Source: Piromyces finnis finn (taxonomy: Eukaryota; Fungi; Neocallimastigomycota). Taken from it: 64,000 nt of DNA. The notes beneath the pieces were generated by a model. That model saw nothing but the letters and a program-made list of their open reading frames with translations, ran no database searches and was not told the DNA's origin. The first letter of the stretch is position 1; every line of letters begins with the position of its first letter. The translations under genes were made by a program, and so were the position numbers. The stretch is taken from assembly GCA_002104945.1 (NCBI GenBank), contig MCFH01000017.1:310001-374000 (forward strand). The letters run 5' to 3'. Below are positions 36,560 through 52,934 of this stretch, piece by piece.

Positions 36560-39152
36560 ATGGCATTACTTTTTCAATCCATTCCAAATGCTACATTTGG
36601 ATTAAAAAATCAATTATTAGTGTCGTCACTTTCAACTAAAAACCCATTAAATAATATTTTATGTAACAAATTAAATTCAAATAATGCTTTACACTTTGGT
36701 ATGTATTTTGTATTTATTTATTATTTTTTTTTTGGTAAATTGTTATTTACAATAGTTGTTGTTGTTGTTATTGGTTATCCTTTCATTGATATAACCTATT
36801 ATAGTGTCTTTTTCAAGAAAAAAAAAAAAAAAAAAAAGAAACGTTAAAAATATAAAGAAAATAAAATAAAATTGAAAGTTTTTTTTTTAATTTATTCATT
36901 TGTTAAAAAGAAACCATTGAAAATGAAAATGAAAATGAAAAAAAAAAAAGTAGAAAAGAAATTGCTATTTATCAGAATAAAGTGTGGTGAATGTGGTGGT
37001 GAATGTGGTAAAAGTTTTTGGTTTACTTTTTAGTAATAAAAAATGTGTTATTAATGTATACATTTGCATTGATTAATGTATACATTTAATAAATTTATGT
37101 ATGATCCATAAAATGATCATATGTTTAATTAAAAAAAATTAATTAAATAGAAATGGAAAGGAAAAAAAAAAAAAAAAAGAAATTTAAAAGAAAGAAAAAA
37201 AAAAAAAAAAGAAGATAAAAAGACGATTTTTATTTTTAACAAAAAAAAAAGAAGAATGAATAAGAAATAAATAAAAAAAAAGGAATTAAAAAAAAAAATA
37301 TTTAAATAATAAAAAAAAAAAAAAGAAAAACATTCTTCATCAACACACCAAAAAAATTTTTTTTTTCGCTTCCTTAAATTAAAGTTTAATGTCTTTTTTT
37401 TTAATAAACTTTTTATTAATAAAAAAAAAAAAAAAACTATAAATAAAAAGAAAAAAAAAAATTTTTTTAAGAAAAAATAAACCAATTTTTTTTTATAATT
37501 TTTATGATATTTTTATTTTTTTTAAGAAAATCATTTTAATTTTTTTAAAAAAAAAAACTAATTATAATATTGTTATAATATTATATATTTGTTATATTAT
37601 ATATATATCCATATAAATATCATAATCAACTTTTAAAAAAAAAAACAATACATTAATAGCTAGTAAAGCTTCATTAAATCTTTTAAATAAAAATCATACT
37701 TTTACAAATTTAACTTCTCAACGTTTTTTGACAACAACAATGGCTGATTCAAAAAAATCTGCTGCTAAACAACTTCAAGAAAAGTTATTCTACAAAAGAA
37801 AGAATGCTGGTTTAACTATGTCTGAAGAAAGTATCAAAAAATCTGATGCTTATAATGAAGACTATAAACAATTCTTGGGTGAATCTAAGATTGAAAGAGA
37901 ATTTGCTTATAATGCAATTGAAAAAGCCAAGGCTAATGGATTCAAAGAATACACTCCAGGTATGGGATTAAAATCTGGTGATAAGATTTTTGTTAATAAC
38001 CGTGGTAAGGCTGTTATTTTAGCTATCATTGGTGAAGAACCAGTTAAGGAAGGTGTTCATATTTGTGCTGCTCACATTGATTCCCCACGTCTTGATCTCA
38101 AACAAGTTCCACTTTATGAAGATACTGAAATTGCTCTTTTCAAAACTCACTACTACGGTGGTATTAGAAAGTATCAATGGGCTGTTATTCCACTTGCCCT
38201 TCATGGTGTCATCTACAAGAAGGATGGTTCTGTTGTTCAAGTCAAGGTTGGTGAAGATGAAAATGATCCAGTTTTCTGTATCACTGATTTATTACCACAT
38301 CTTTCTCAAGAACAAAACAAACGTTCTTTACCAGATGGTATTAGAGGTGAAGAATTAAACGTTGTCATTGGTTCCTTACCATTCCGTGATGATGAAGCTA
38401 GTGAAAGAGTCAAGACTAACATTATCAAGACCCTTAACGAAAAGTACGGTATTATTGAAGAAGATTTCCTTTCTGCTGAATTAGAAGTAGTTCCAGCTTT
38501 CAAGCCAAAGGATGTTGGTTTTGATCGTAGTATCGTTGGTGGTTATGGTCAAGATGATAAGGTTTGTAGTTATGCTTGTCTCAGAGCTATTCTTGATATC
38601 AAAGATACTCCAAAGAAGACTGCCGTTGTTTGCTTAGCTGATAAGGAAGAAATTGGTAGTGAAGGTAACACTGGTTTAAGATCTTCCTTCCTTAAATACT
38701 TTGTCTATGATATTGCTGAAGAATTCGGCTGCAAGGGAAGACATGTTCTTTCCAAGTCTGAATGTTTATCTGCTGATGTTACTGTTGCCGTTGATCCAAC
38801 CTTCTCTGATGTCACTGAAAAGCGTAACGCTTGTTACCTTAACTGTGGTGTTGGTATCTGTAAATTCACTGGTGCTAGAGGTAAATCTGGTTCCAATGAT
38901 GCTCATGCTGAATTCGTTGGTAGAATTCGTACTTTAATGGATAAGAATGAAGTTGTCTGGCAAACTGGTGAACTCGGTAGAATTGATTTAGGTGGTGGTG
39001 GTACCGTTGCTGCCTATGTTGCTGAACTTGATGTTGACACTATTGATGTCGGTGTTCCAGTTCTTTGTATGCATGCTCCATTCGAACTTACTTCTAAGCT
39101 CGATAACTACAATGCCTACAGATGTTACAACGTTTTCATGGCTGAAAAGTAA
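36560..39152 (+). CDS. M18-family (aspartyl) aminopeptidase, bacterial type, with spliced N-terminal organellar presequence-like extension (~543 aa)
   Basis: M18 motifs AHIDSPRL, KTHYYGGIRKYQW, YGQDD, DKEEIGS, LSADV, HAPFE. Exon 1 36560-36698 (donor GTATGT at 36699) joins exon 2 37660-39152 (after cattaatAG) in frame. An internal ATG at 37740 begins the bacterial-like portion. Confidence 0.88.
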
Positions 39153-40872
39153 TTTTTTAAGGACGTGAAAAAGTAATTAAAAAATAAAAAAAATTGGTTA
39201 ACCCTTTTTTTAACCAAAAAAAAAAAAATCTTTATGTAATATAAAAATAATTTTGCACACATAAACATATACCAAAAAAAAATAATAATAACAGTACAAA
39301 CAATAAATAAATTATAAAGAAACATATAAAATTTTTCTCATGTATAAAAAAAAAAAAGAAAATTTATAATATATGTTTTTTATAAAATAAAAAAAATAAA
39401 AATAAAAAAAAATAGTTGTGAATTTTTATTGAATCCATTTTGTGTATATTAAAAATGAGTTTAAAAAAGGTTGAAGTTTTTTCTATTATTAAAAAAGAGA
39501 AATAAAGACATAATTTAATATTAGGAACAATAGAATAATATAATGAAAGAGACAAAGAAATAAAAAAAAAAAAAATTGATAGAATCGATAGATAGAATAG
39601 ATAATTACACTGTTTTTTTTTTTTTTTTTTATAATTTAAGATGGAAAAAAAAAAATAAAAAGGTTTTAAGATAATTTATTTTGCTTCATCAAAAACGCCG
39701 ACATCCTACCGATGATGATGTAAAAGAATAATATTTAAATAGTAGGTTTTAAGGGACGATATTCCCTCCCTCCCATACTAAATGTACAAAGTTCAATTAA
39801 ATGGTTAGACAATTCTAATTTTTATAAATTTTATTTTTTTATCTTTATCGTTAAACCTAATAATACTTTTTTAAGTAAAACTAAAATATTCTATTGTACA
39901 ATGATCTTAAATGCATTTTAATAATTTTTTTTTTTTTTATTATTAAAATTTTATAAAAATATCAAATGATGTAGAATATCATCTACCTATTTTATAATGA
40001 ATAATTTTAGTGGGTTATTTGTGTTTTAAAGAATTTTAAAAATTAAAAAGAAATGTTTAAATGTATAATAGAGAATTGAACAAAGGGTATTTATATTTAT
40101 CGACTAGTCCACTTTATTTAAAATAAAAAAAGAATCATACATTTTTTATTTAAATAACCATAATATGTTTTCTATAGTTTTTGAAAATGGTCTTTTAAAG
40201 GTAATTATAGACGTTTGTTTATTCAAAAAAAAAAAAATAAAGTTGAATAAAGTATTGGACATTTTATTTATTTAAAAATGGTCTTTTAATTGTCTATTTT
40301 ATTATGAAAATAAATTGAGACAAATATTAAATTTACTTTTCAATATTCTTTAATAGTAGTAAAAGTTTATTTTTTTACAAAATAGAATTGGACAAATTAA
40401 AAGAATCGGACGTTCTATTATTTTAAAAAGTCTACTATTAAGATATTACCTTATTGTACTGAAAAAAAAAAAAAAAATTAACATTCATATCATTTGTATT
40501 TTTTTCTTAACACAATTTTATTAATCAAAGTATTGGACATCTTTTTTATTTGATTAATGATGGACGTTTATTTTTTAAAAATAAACTTTGACCATAATAT
40601 AATATCGGACGAGATAAGGATATGATATGTGACGTCTACCATTATTTAAATGAAAAAAAAAAAAAAAAAAAAAAAAAAACTTAAAAAAAAATAATAAAAG
40701 AATCAAATATCTACTATTTAAATGACTATTATTTGGAATAACTAACGATATAATTTATAATTTTAGGAAAATGGACTTGAAGGATAGATATCATTAAATC
40801 TTTATTTTTTTTTTTAAAAAAATAATATCTATCTATCTACTTATTTATCTATCTACTTATTTATCTATCTAC

Positions 40873-40923
<51 letters not shown>

Positions 40924-42510
40924 TCTATTTATCTATCTATTTATTTATTTATTTATTTATTTATCTATTTATTTATTTAGTTATTTACTTTGTTATATTT
41001 AAAACACACCACCATCAAAAACCTATTTAATTTTCTTTCATATGTTCCTTTAAATGTTCTCTTCTTTTTTTTCTAAAAAAAAAAAAAAATATCATTAGGG
41101 ATCTTATTACACAAATATGGATTTCTTTTTTATTATTCTTTATTTTTAAATATTCAAGGTTATTTTATTTTTATTTTAGTTTTACTTCTTTCTATTTTTT
41201 AAAAGTTTTTTTTTTTTTCTTTCTTTCTTTCTTTCTTTATAGTTTTTTTTTTTTTTTTTTTAATACTTTTTTTTTTCTTATTTATATAAATTATTATTAA
41301 AATATACATAGATATATATATACTAATAATAAATGTTGATAATATTGAAGGCAAGAATAATTTATATAAATAGAGTATTAAAAAAAAAAAAATAATAATA
41401 ATAACTTCTTCTTTGTCTTTTATTAATAAAAAAAGAAAAAGATTAAAAAAAAAAAACTAATTTTATATCATAATAATATATGTTTTATTTATTTATATTT
41501 ATTAATTATTATTCTATTATTAGGGAAAAAAAATGCTAATTATTAATTACTATTTTTTTTTTTTTTTACTATGAATGACTTTTTTGTTTTTAACAAGTTT
41601 TTCTTTTTATCCAGAAAAGAAAGGAGGAAAATGTTGTTGTTGTTGTTGTTGTTGTTGTTATTATTATTATTTTCTAATGAATATAAACTTTTGATTTGGA
41701 TAAAATATTGAAATTATTTAATATAAATGAAAATAATTATAATATATTTATAAAATTTATTAAAAAAAAAAAACTATGTATAGGTATGAATCTACTTTTT
41801 TTTTATATATAAAATTGGTAAAAAAAAAAAAAAAGAATTAAAACTCTTTTTATAATGAATATTCTCTCTTTTTTTTTTTTTTAAAAAAAAAAAAAATGTT
41901 TTCTATTTGTTCAACATTAATATAAATTAAAAAAGGGAAAAAAATTTTTTTTTTTTTTTCCCTTGTTCATTATTTTTTATTATTAATGGTGACCATTGAA
42001 ACAAACGAAATACATTTTAAATTTCATTCATGCTGTATTTTTAGTTACCTTTTTAACTATTATATATTATATATATATATATATATGAAAAAAAAAAAAA
42101 AAAAAAAAAAAGAACTTGATTATATATATAAATGAATGGAAGGATGGATAGAAAGATAGATAGATAGAATATAAATGAAAATGAAATTCAAGAATACTTA
42201 TACTCATTAATGAATTTACCAATTGAATAGTATAGGTTTTGGTTTATTTTAATCATCATTGAATCTAAGAAAAAAAAAAAAAAATGGTGGGATTGAACTT
42301 GGTTTTAATCGTTGGATGATATAAAAATAAAAATTGTTAAGAGTTATCTAGGTAGGAGAATCAATAGGCTATATTTCATTTCATCTTTAATTGATCCCTT
42401 CTCTCTCTCTCTCTCTCTCCCCTCCCTTTTTTTTTTTTTTTTTTTTTTTTGACTATTTTCTTCCTCTTTTTTCATAAAATTTACGGCTCGTCCTACTACC
42501 CATTTATTTT

Positions 42511-46399
<3,889 letters not shown>

Positions 46400-46780
46400 T
46401 TTTTCATTATTAATATATAGTTTAAATAATCTTACTGTCTTTCTTAGATATTAATGAATTAATTATGTTTTGGATTATATATATTATTTGATTTAATAAT
46501 TATTTTAATTTTGTCTCTTTTAAAATTGTTTGTTGTTCTTTAATAAATATTGTACAAACTGTCTTTTAAAATAATGGTATTATTTTCTGTGAAAAAAAAA
46601 CTTTTTTTAAAAGAATTTTCACTTTAATTGTCGGTCTGTTTAATTAAATAAATATATTAAATACTACAAAAAGCAATTACTTTATTTTAATAGCAATCTA
46701 TTGTGTATTATTTAATAGTAATTGTTCTTTTTTATTATTTAAAAAAAAAAAAAGAATTATTAGAATACTTACTATAAATA

Positions 46781-46905
46781 TTATAGTATTTTTTTTTTAT
46801 TTAATAAATAATAGATAAATATTTATTTTAAAATTTATTCTTTATAGTATTTTTTTTTATTTAATAAATAATAGATAAATATTTATTTTAAAATTTATTC
46901 TTTAT
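46781..46905. repeat. Tandem duplication of ~60 bp
   Basis: ttatagtattttttttatttaataaataatagataaatatttattttaaaatttattct occurs twice in tandem. Confidence 0.8.
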
Positions 46906-48109
46906 ACAGTATATTACAGTTTACCTTTAAAACAGTGATATTTAAAGAATTTTATTGAATATATTAATATATAATATTTTAAATTTTATAATACTAATAT
47001 ATATACAATGGGAGTAATATAAAAAAAAACAAATAAATTATTTTGAAATTTATTTTTTTTATTTTGTTTTTGTTTTTATAGTGTATTTTTTTTTAGAACT
47101 TTTAAGCGAACTTTTTTTATTTTTAATAACAAAAATTTTAAAAATTTTGTTTTAAAGTCGTTAATATTCTATTGATTTGCCTTGAATATTTTACTTTTCC
47201 TATAAAGATTTATAGTTTTTATTAATTTTGTTGTTGTAGTTTATTGTTTACTTTATTTGGATTTAATAATGAAACTTGTTTTTTTCTTCATAAAAAAAAA
47301 AAAAAAGAAAGAAAGATATGAATACAAGTATCAAATATTTCCTTTCATTATTTAAAAGTAAAATAGGAAAAAAGTTAGTATTATTTTTTTTAATTATTTT
47401 CTTATTAACATTTACTAGAATCTTTAGTTTTTATAATATTTACTTTTCTTTTTTCTTTTTCTTTTTTTTTTTGATTTTCAAATCAAAAAAAAAAAATGTT
47501 TCTCTCTACGAATCTATTACCAAAAAGGAATTTAAAAAATATTTTTCTTCCTAATTTTTAAATAGAAGAAAAAAAATAATTTATTTTATTTTTTTTCTTC
47601 CTTTTAATCTTTTCTTTTTAATTATTTGTTTTTTCAAGTTTTCAACAAAATATTCTACTTTGAAGAACTTTACTTGATTTAATTCTTTCCACAAAGAAAT
47701 GACTTGATTCAAAGAGAGAATTCGATGAAATGTTTAAAAAAGAAAAAAATGGAATGGAAATTATTAATTAACAAAAAAAAAATTTTTTTTTCTGGTTAAA
47801 TATTTTTATATCAAATAAAGTTTAGGCACTTTTTTTAAGCAGATAAAATTACCTAAAGTACCAAAAAAAAGAATAATAAAATGAAATGAAAGATAAAAAG
47901 TTATATTACAAAACAGTATTGAAATATGATAAGAAGAAGAAGAAGAAGAAGAATATATATGTACGTATAAATAGCAAGATTAAAAATGAATAGTATAAAA
48001 GAAAAAGAAAGCGACTTTCAATTAATAATATTAAATGGACAACTTAAATAAATTATAATTAAATGAATGAATAAAAGAAATATAAATTAAATAATAAAAT
48101 TTATTAAAA

Positions 48110-48205
48110 ATGAATGTATGAATAAAATGAATCTAAATAAATTTCTATCATAAATGAATGTATGAATAAAATAAATCTAAATAAATTTCTACCATAAATG
48201 AATGC
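48110..48205. repeat. ~43-bp tandem repeat, about 2.3 copies
   Basis: aaatgaatgtatgaataaaat(g/a)aatctaaataaatttcta(t/c)cat is repeated. Confidence 0.75.
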
Positions 48206-50054
48206 ATGGATGGAATAAATTTTATTATATTAATTATTTTATTGGAACATATATTAAATTATATTATTTAATAAAGTTTTAATTAAGGATGACTAAGATT
48301 TATTTAGTTTATTCATTTATTTATTTATTCATTACGTATTTATTCATTTTCTTTAAGGCACACTTTTCAATGCATTTTTTATATTTACTCAATAGACTCA
48401 ATAGAATAATGGAAATATAATTTAAAGGTTCCTATTTAAAGTGACTTTTTTTCCTTATTATCCTTTGAAATGTCATCCTTTCATTTTTAAAAAGAGCCAA
48501 AGTTTATTAGGAAAAGTCTCATGCCTCATGCTTGCACTTTCTCCTTTTCTTTTAATATATTCTTATTATATGGATAATATATTATCTATTTTATTCATAT
48601 TATATTATTTATATTGATAAATATCAATTTTAATTGAATTAAATATTTACAGAAAATATATTATTTTACATTACACCAAAAAAAAAAGAATTTATCCATT
48701 TTAATATATTTTAAATATATTTTAAATATATTATAATATATTATTAGTAATTTAATTTTTAATAAAATTCGGAGGTCAATTGGTATAACCTAACCCATAG
48801 TAATAATAGGATGGAAAATGGTGGATGAATGGTGGATTATCCATCATGAAAGAAAGAAAGAAAGAAAGAAAAGAAAGGAAAGATGAAAATTTAAAAGAAA
48901 AATGTAAAATGAAAAAATCGAAATAAAATAGATTATTAATAATAGCAATAAGTGTAAAATAATTGATTTATTAAATTATATAATATAAAAAGGAAATGGA
49001 TTCCAAAAAGAAATAGAAAAGAAATAAACAAATTGGATTCTTTTATTTTTATAAAAATATATATATATATATCTTTCTTTAAGTTTTAAAGAGATCCAAA
49101 TAAAATTTTGTAATAGCAATTATCGCATCATATTAATATTATTTTACCATAACTAATAGTGATGATGATGACTGTGAGGAAGAATTAATTTTAAATAAAA
49201 AATCTTTTTTTTTTTTTTAATCATTTCAAAGTAAATATTATCATTGTAAACAGTAAACAGAATTTGGTTTTTTTCCATATATTTTAACCATATTTATAGT
49301 ATATATAAAACAGGAGATAACATCTTTGTGATCTTTACTTAATTAACATATTATAGAAGTAGTAAATTGTAGTATTTACTATTGTAATTAATTATACCTT
49401 TTTAAATAAACTTTATATATCTTTTTTTTTTTAATTATTTAACGGTCTATTTAAATAATATAACTTAAAAATTTGTCTTTTTTTTTTTTTAATATGAAAT
49501 GTCATATTGTATACATAATAACTTTATGGATCTATTCTTTTGTTAGAGGTATCAGTTTTGGTGTTTTTTTTTTTTTTTTGATATATTTTTATTTTTGTTT
49601 TCCATACCCGTTACCCATAAAAACTAATTAGGCTAAACGACAACTAAATAACAAATAACATCAGACTGTTTTTTATTGTCAGTTAACTGAATTATAACAC
49701 ATCTTAATACCTTTGAACAAAAATTAAACTTTACTATAAATATAAATAGTATATAAATAAATAAATAATATATATTTACTTCGTTATTAATCATACTTTA
49801 CATAGTATCAACCATCTTTAATAAAAGTTTTTTTGTGTATTTATTTCATTTTATTGTTACTAACTACCATCACCACCCATTACCTCCTACAAGCTTTTTT
49901 TTTTTTAAAATTATTTAAAATATTAATTTATTGAATGATTATTGGTCAATAAAATCTTTTTTTCAAATAATAAATATTTAATATTTTTTGAATTTTTTTT
50001 TTTTTTTTTTTTTTTGTATATTAGAAAATAGGGTAAAAATAACTTTATAGAAAG

Positions 50055-51273
50055 ATGAATGCTCCAGATCGTTTTGAACTTTTCGTTTTAGGAGAAGGAG
50101 AAAAAAAGTAATATTTAATAAAAATATATTCATTATTTTGTATATTACATATTAAAATTACCATTCAAAAAGTATAAAAGTTTGAAAAGAAGAAAAAAAA
50201 AATATTCTTTATCAAAAAAAAAAAAAAAGTGTTTTTCGTTTCATTTCACTTTTAATTTTATATTTTATTATTAACCTATTTAATATTTTTTTTTATAATG
50301 GATAATATATATTTAATATATTGAATGTTTTTATAATTTCATTATTTATAATCAAAATCAAACTATTAAAAAATCTCAAATGATTTAAAATTAAAAATAT
50401 GTGAATTCTAGATTAACCATTACTCCAGATACAAAGTTACCAAATGCTGCTACCTTTACTTTCCAAAAAGAAGATCATACTATTGGAAATATGTTAAGAA
50501 TGTAAATTATCAAATATAAAAATTAAGATTTTTTTTTAAAGATGAATTTTGGATTTTTTTTTTTATTTAAAATAAAATAAATTAAAAGTATTATATCTTA
50601 AATAGTCAATAGTATTAAAATACTATATATAATTATTTAATATTAATTCACAATGTCATCATTTTCAATAAATGATAAAAAATAATAGACAATTATTAAA
50701 GTATAAAAAAGTTTTATTTGCTGGATACAAGGTTCCACATCCATTAGAACATTGCATTGTAGGTGTTTTTTTTTTTTTTTTTTTTATATTGTTCATCATA
50801 GTGTATTAATATCTAAAATAATCTGTGGGAAATCAAAATAATAAATAAAATAATTATTTAAATGGTATGGTCGTTAAATAGATTTTAAAAGTTCAAACTA
50901 CTGCTGATACCACCCCAGAAGCCATGTTAATGGATGCTTTTCAAGATTTAATTGATGAATTTGCAACTCTAAAAAAGAAATTTGAAGTAAGAAAAGATAA
51001 TATCTGCAATAATAATAACTATAACAATAATAGAATATTAATTTTTTTTTTAAAACACATAATAATCAAATTTAAATTTCATAATTATTTATATGACATT
51101 TTAAAATCTATTTTGAAATTTCCATAAACTGTAAACATACCTATCTGACTATAACATGTAAATATTTATAGAATGAATTAACCTTACACAACATTAATGA
51201 TGATAAGTCACTTAGAGATGGTAATGGATCAAGTACAGATGGAATGTACGGAAATAATGAATATTACTTTTAG
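50055..51273 (+). CDS. RPB11: RNA polymerase II subunit RPB11; 5 exons
   Basis: Exons 50055-50107, 50412-50501, 50689-50758, 50882-50986, 51172-51273 give [77 protein letters not shown]..., the canonical RPB11 sequence. The last exon is less certain. Confidence 0.93.
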
Positions 51274-51876
51274 ATTAGTAATAATTATGCTGATGTGGTG
51301 ATGAAAAAATACTACAAAATAATTAAAATAAAATACCATTTTCGAAATTGTGAATTTTTTTTCAACAACATTAACAACAACAACAACAACAACAACAAGA
51401 ACGAAAAATAACAAAACAAACAAGCAAAAATACTCCCTTTTATCATTCCTTTTTTTTTTTTGTTATTATTTTATTTTTTAAAAATAAAATAGCATTATTG
51501 TTATAGTTAAATATATCTTTAATTTGTAAATATATAAAAAGATTTATTATTTAAGGCCTGAGAAACATATTATTTTTAGAAACAAGAATTTCAACGTATC
51601 ATAATATCATGTTTAACTGAAATTAAAACCATTTTAATCATTTAGATTTCTTTTAATTTTAGAATATTATATATATAATTCATAAACCCATAATATAAAA
51701 AACAAACTTTATTTTATTTGTTTAAAATAAATGATTTCGTAAAACAAAAAGAAAAACAAAATCAACAAAAACAGTAATTTACTTTATGTTTCTTTCTTTC
51801 TTTTTTTTTTTTTTTTTTAATAAAGCATAAACCAGTGCCTACTTTTTAAAATGTCAAATGCATTTATTTAAAAAAA

Positions 51877-51907
<31 letters not shown>

Positions 51908-52244
51908 TGGAAAATAGTGTATTTCTATGGTATAGGATTGTAGTTTAAATAATATTTTTTAAATAAGAATTAATTCAAAGTTTTTGTATTGTGTATTCTA
52001 TTAAAAAATACGATTTTCTTTTTATTAAAAACGTTTTCTTTTTCTTTTTCTTTTTCTTATATTTATAATTAAATCTTTTTAAAATTTTTATTAATAAAGG
52101 CATGTATTAAAAATTTTTTACATTGTCCATAGAAATAAAATATTATTGGTAGCTTTTTAATTATATTTAAAAAAATTAAAAAGTAGGAAAGAACTTTTAG
52201 TAATTTTATAAAAGTTTTATTGATATATTTATTGTAAATCTATT

Positions 52245-52290
52245 AGAAATCTATTATAAATCTATTATAAATCTATTATAAATCTATATA
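52245..52290. repeat. 11-bp tandem repeat (aaatctattat), ~4-5 copies
   Basis: Directly visible. Confidence 0.7.
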
Positions 52291-52934
52291 TATAAAAGAA
52301 AGAAATATTAAATGAAAAAAAAAAGAATATAATTAAAAAAACTTTTTAAAAAGAGAATATTATACATCAAATACGTCACTTACAATTGTTGGTGAAGATA
52401 TATATATATGTTTCAAGAATAATTATAATATCTATCGATAAGAATTTTAAATAAAAATAAAATTACTGTTTTTTTCATTTATTTAATAATTCTTTATTTC
52501 ATTCTTTCCTTTTAATAATCTTTTTATAATAATTTCTTTTTGAAAATTAATAATAATAGTTCCATTATACTCTATATGAATTGATTTTATTTAAAAATTC
52601 TGTTGCTACTACTACCATTAATACTACAATATATTTCTCTTGATTATCTAGTTCAAAATTAGATTTTTAGAATTAAAAAAAAAAAAAAAAAAAGAAATTT
52701 CATTTCTTATTTGGAATGAAATTTTAAAAAAGAAAATTTCTAAATTTTCAATAATTAAATAGTAAAAGAATTAAAAGTTTTTTTTTAAAAAAAAGTTTTT
52801 ATTTCTTTTTATACCTTTTTTTTATTACCTAGTTATTGTTTATTTTCATACAAGACGACAATTAAATACTATCTTTCTTTCCTTTTTCCCTTTTTTTTTT
52901 TTTTTTAATATATCATTGAAAATTATATAATTTA

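Noticed and set aside
36699-37659. Phe/Lys-rich ORFs (3' part of 36560-36847; 37129-37485)
   Set aside because: Homopolymer-rich intron sequence of the M18 gene.
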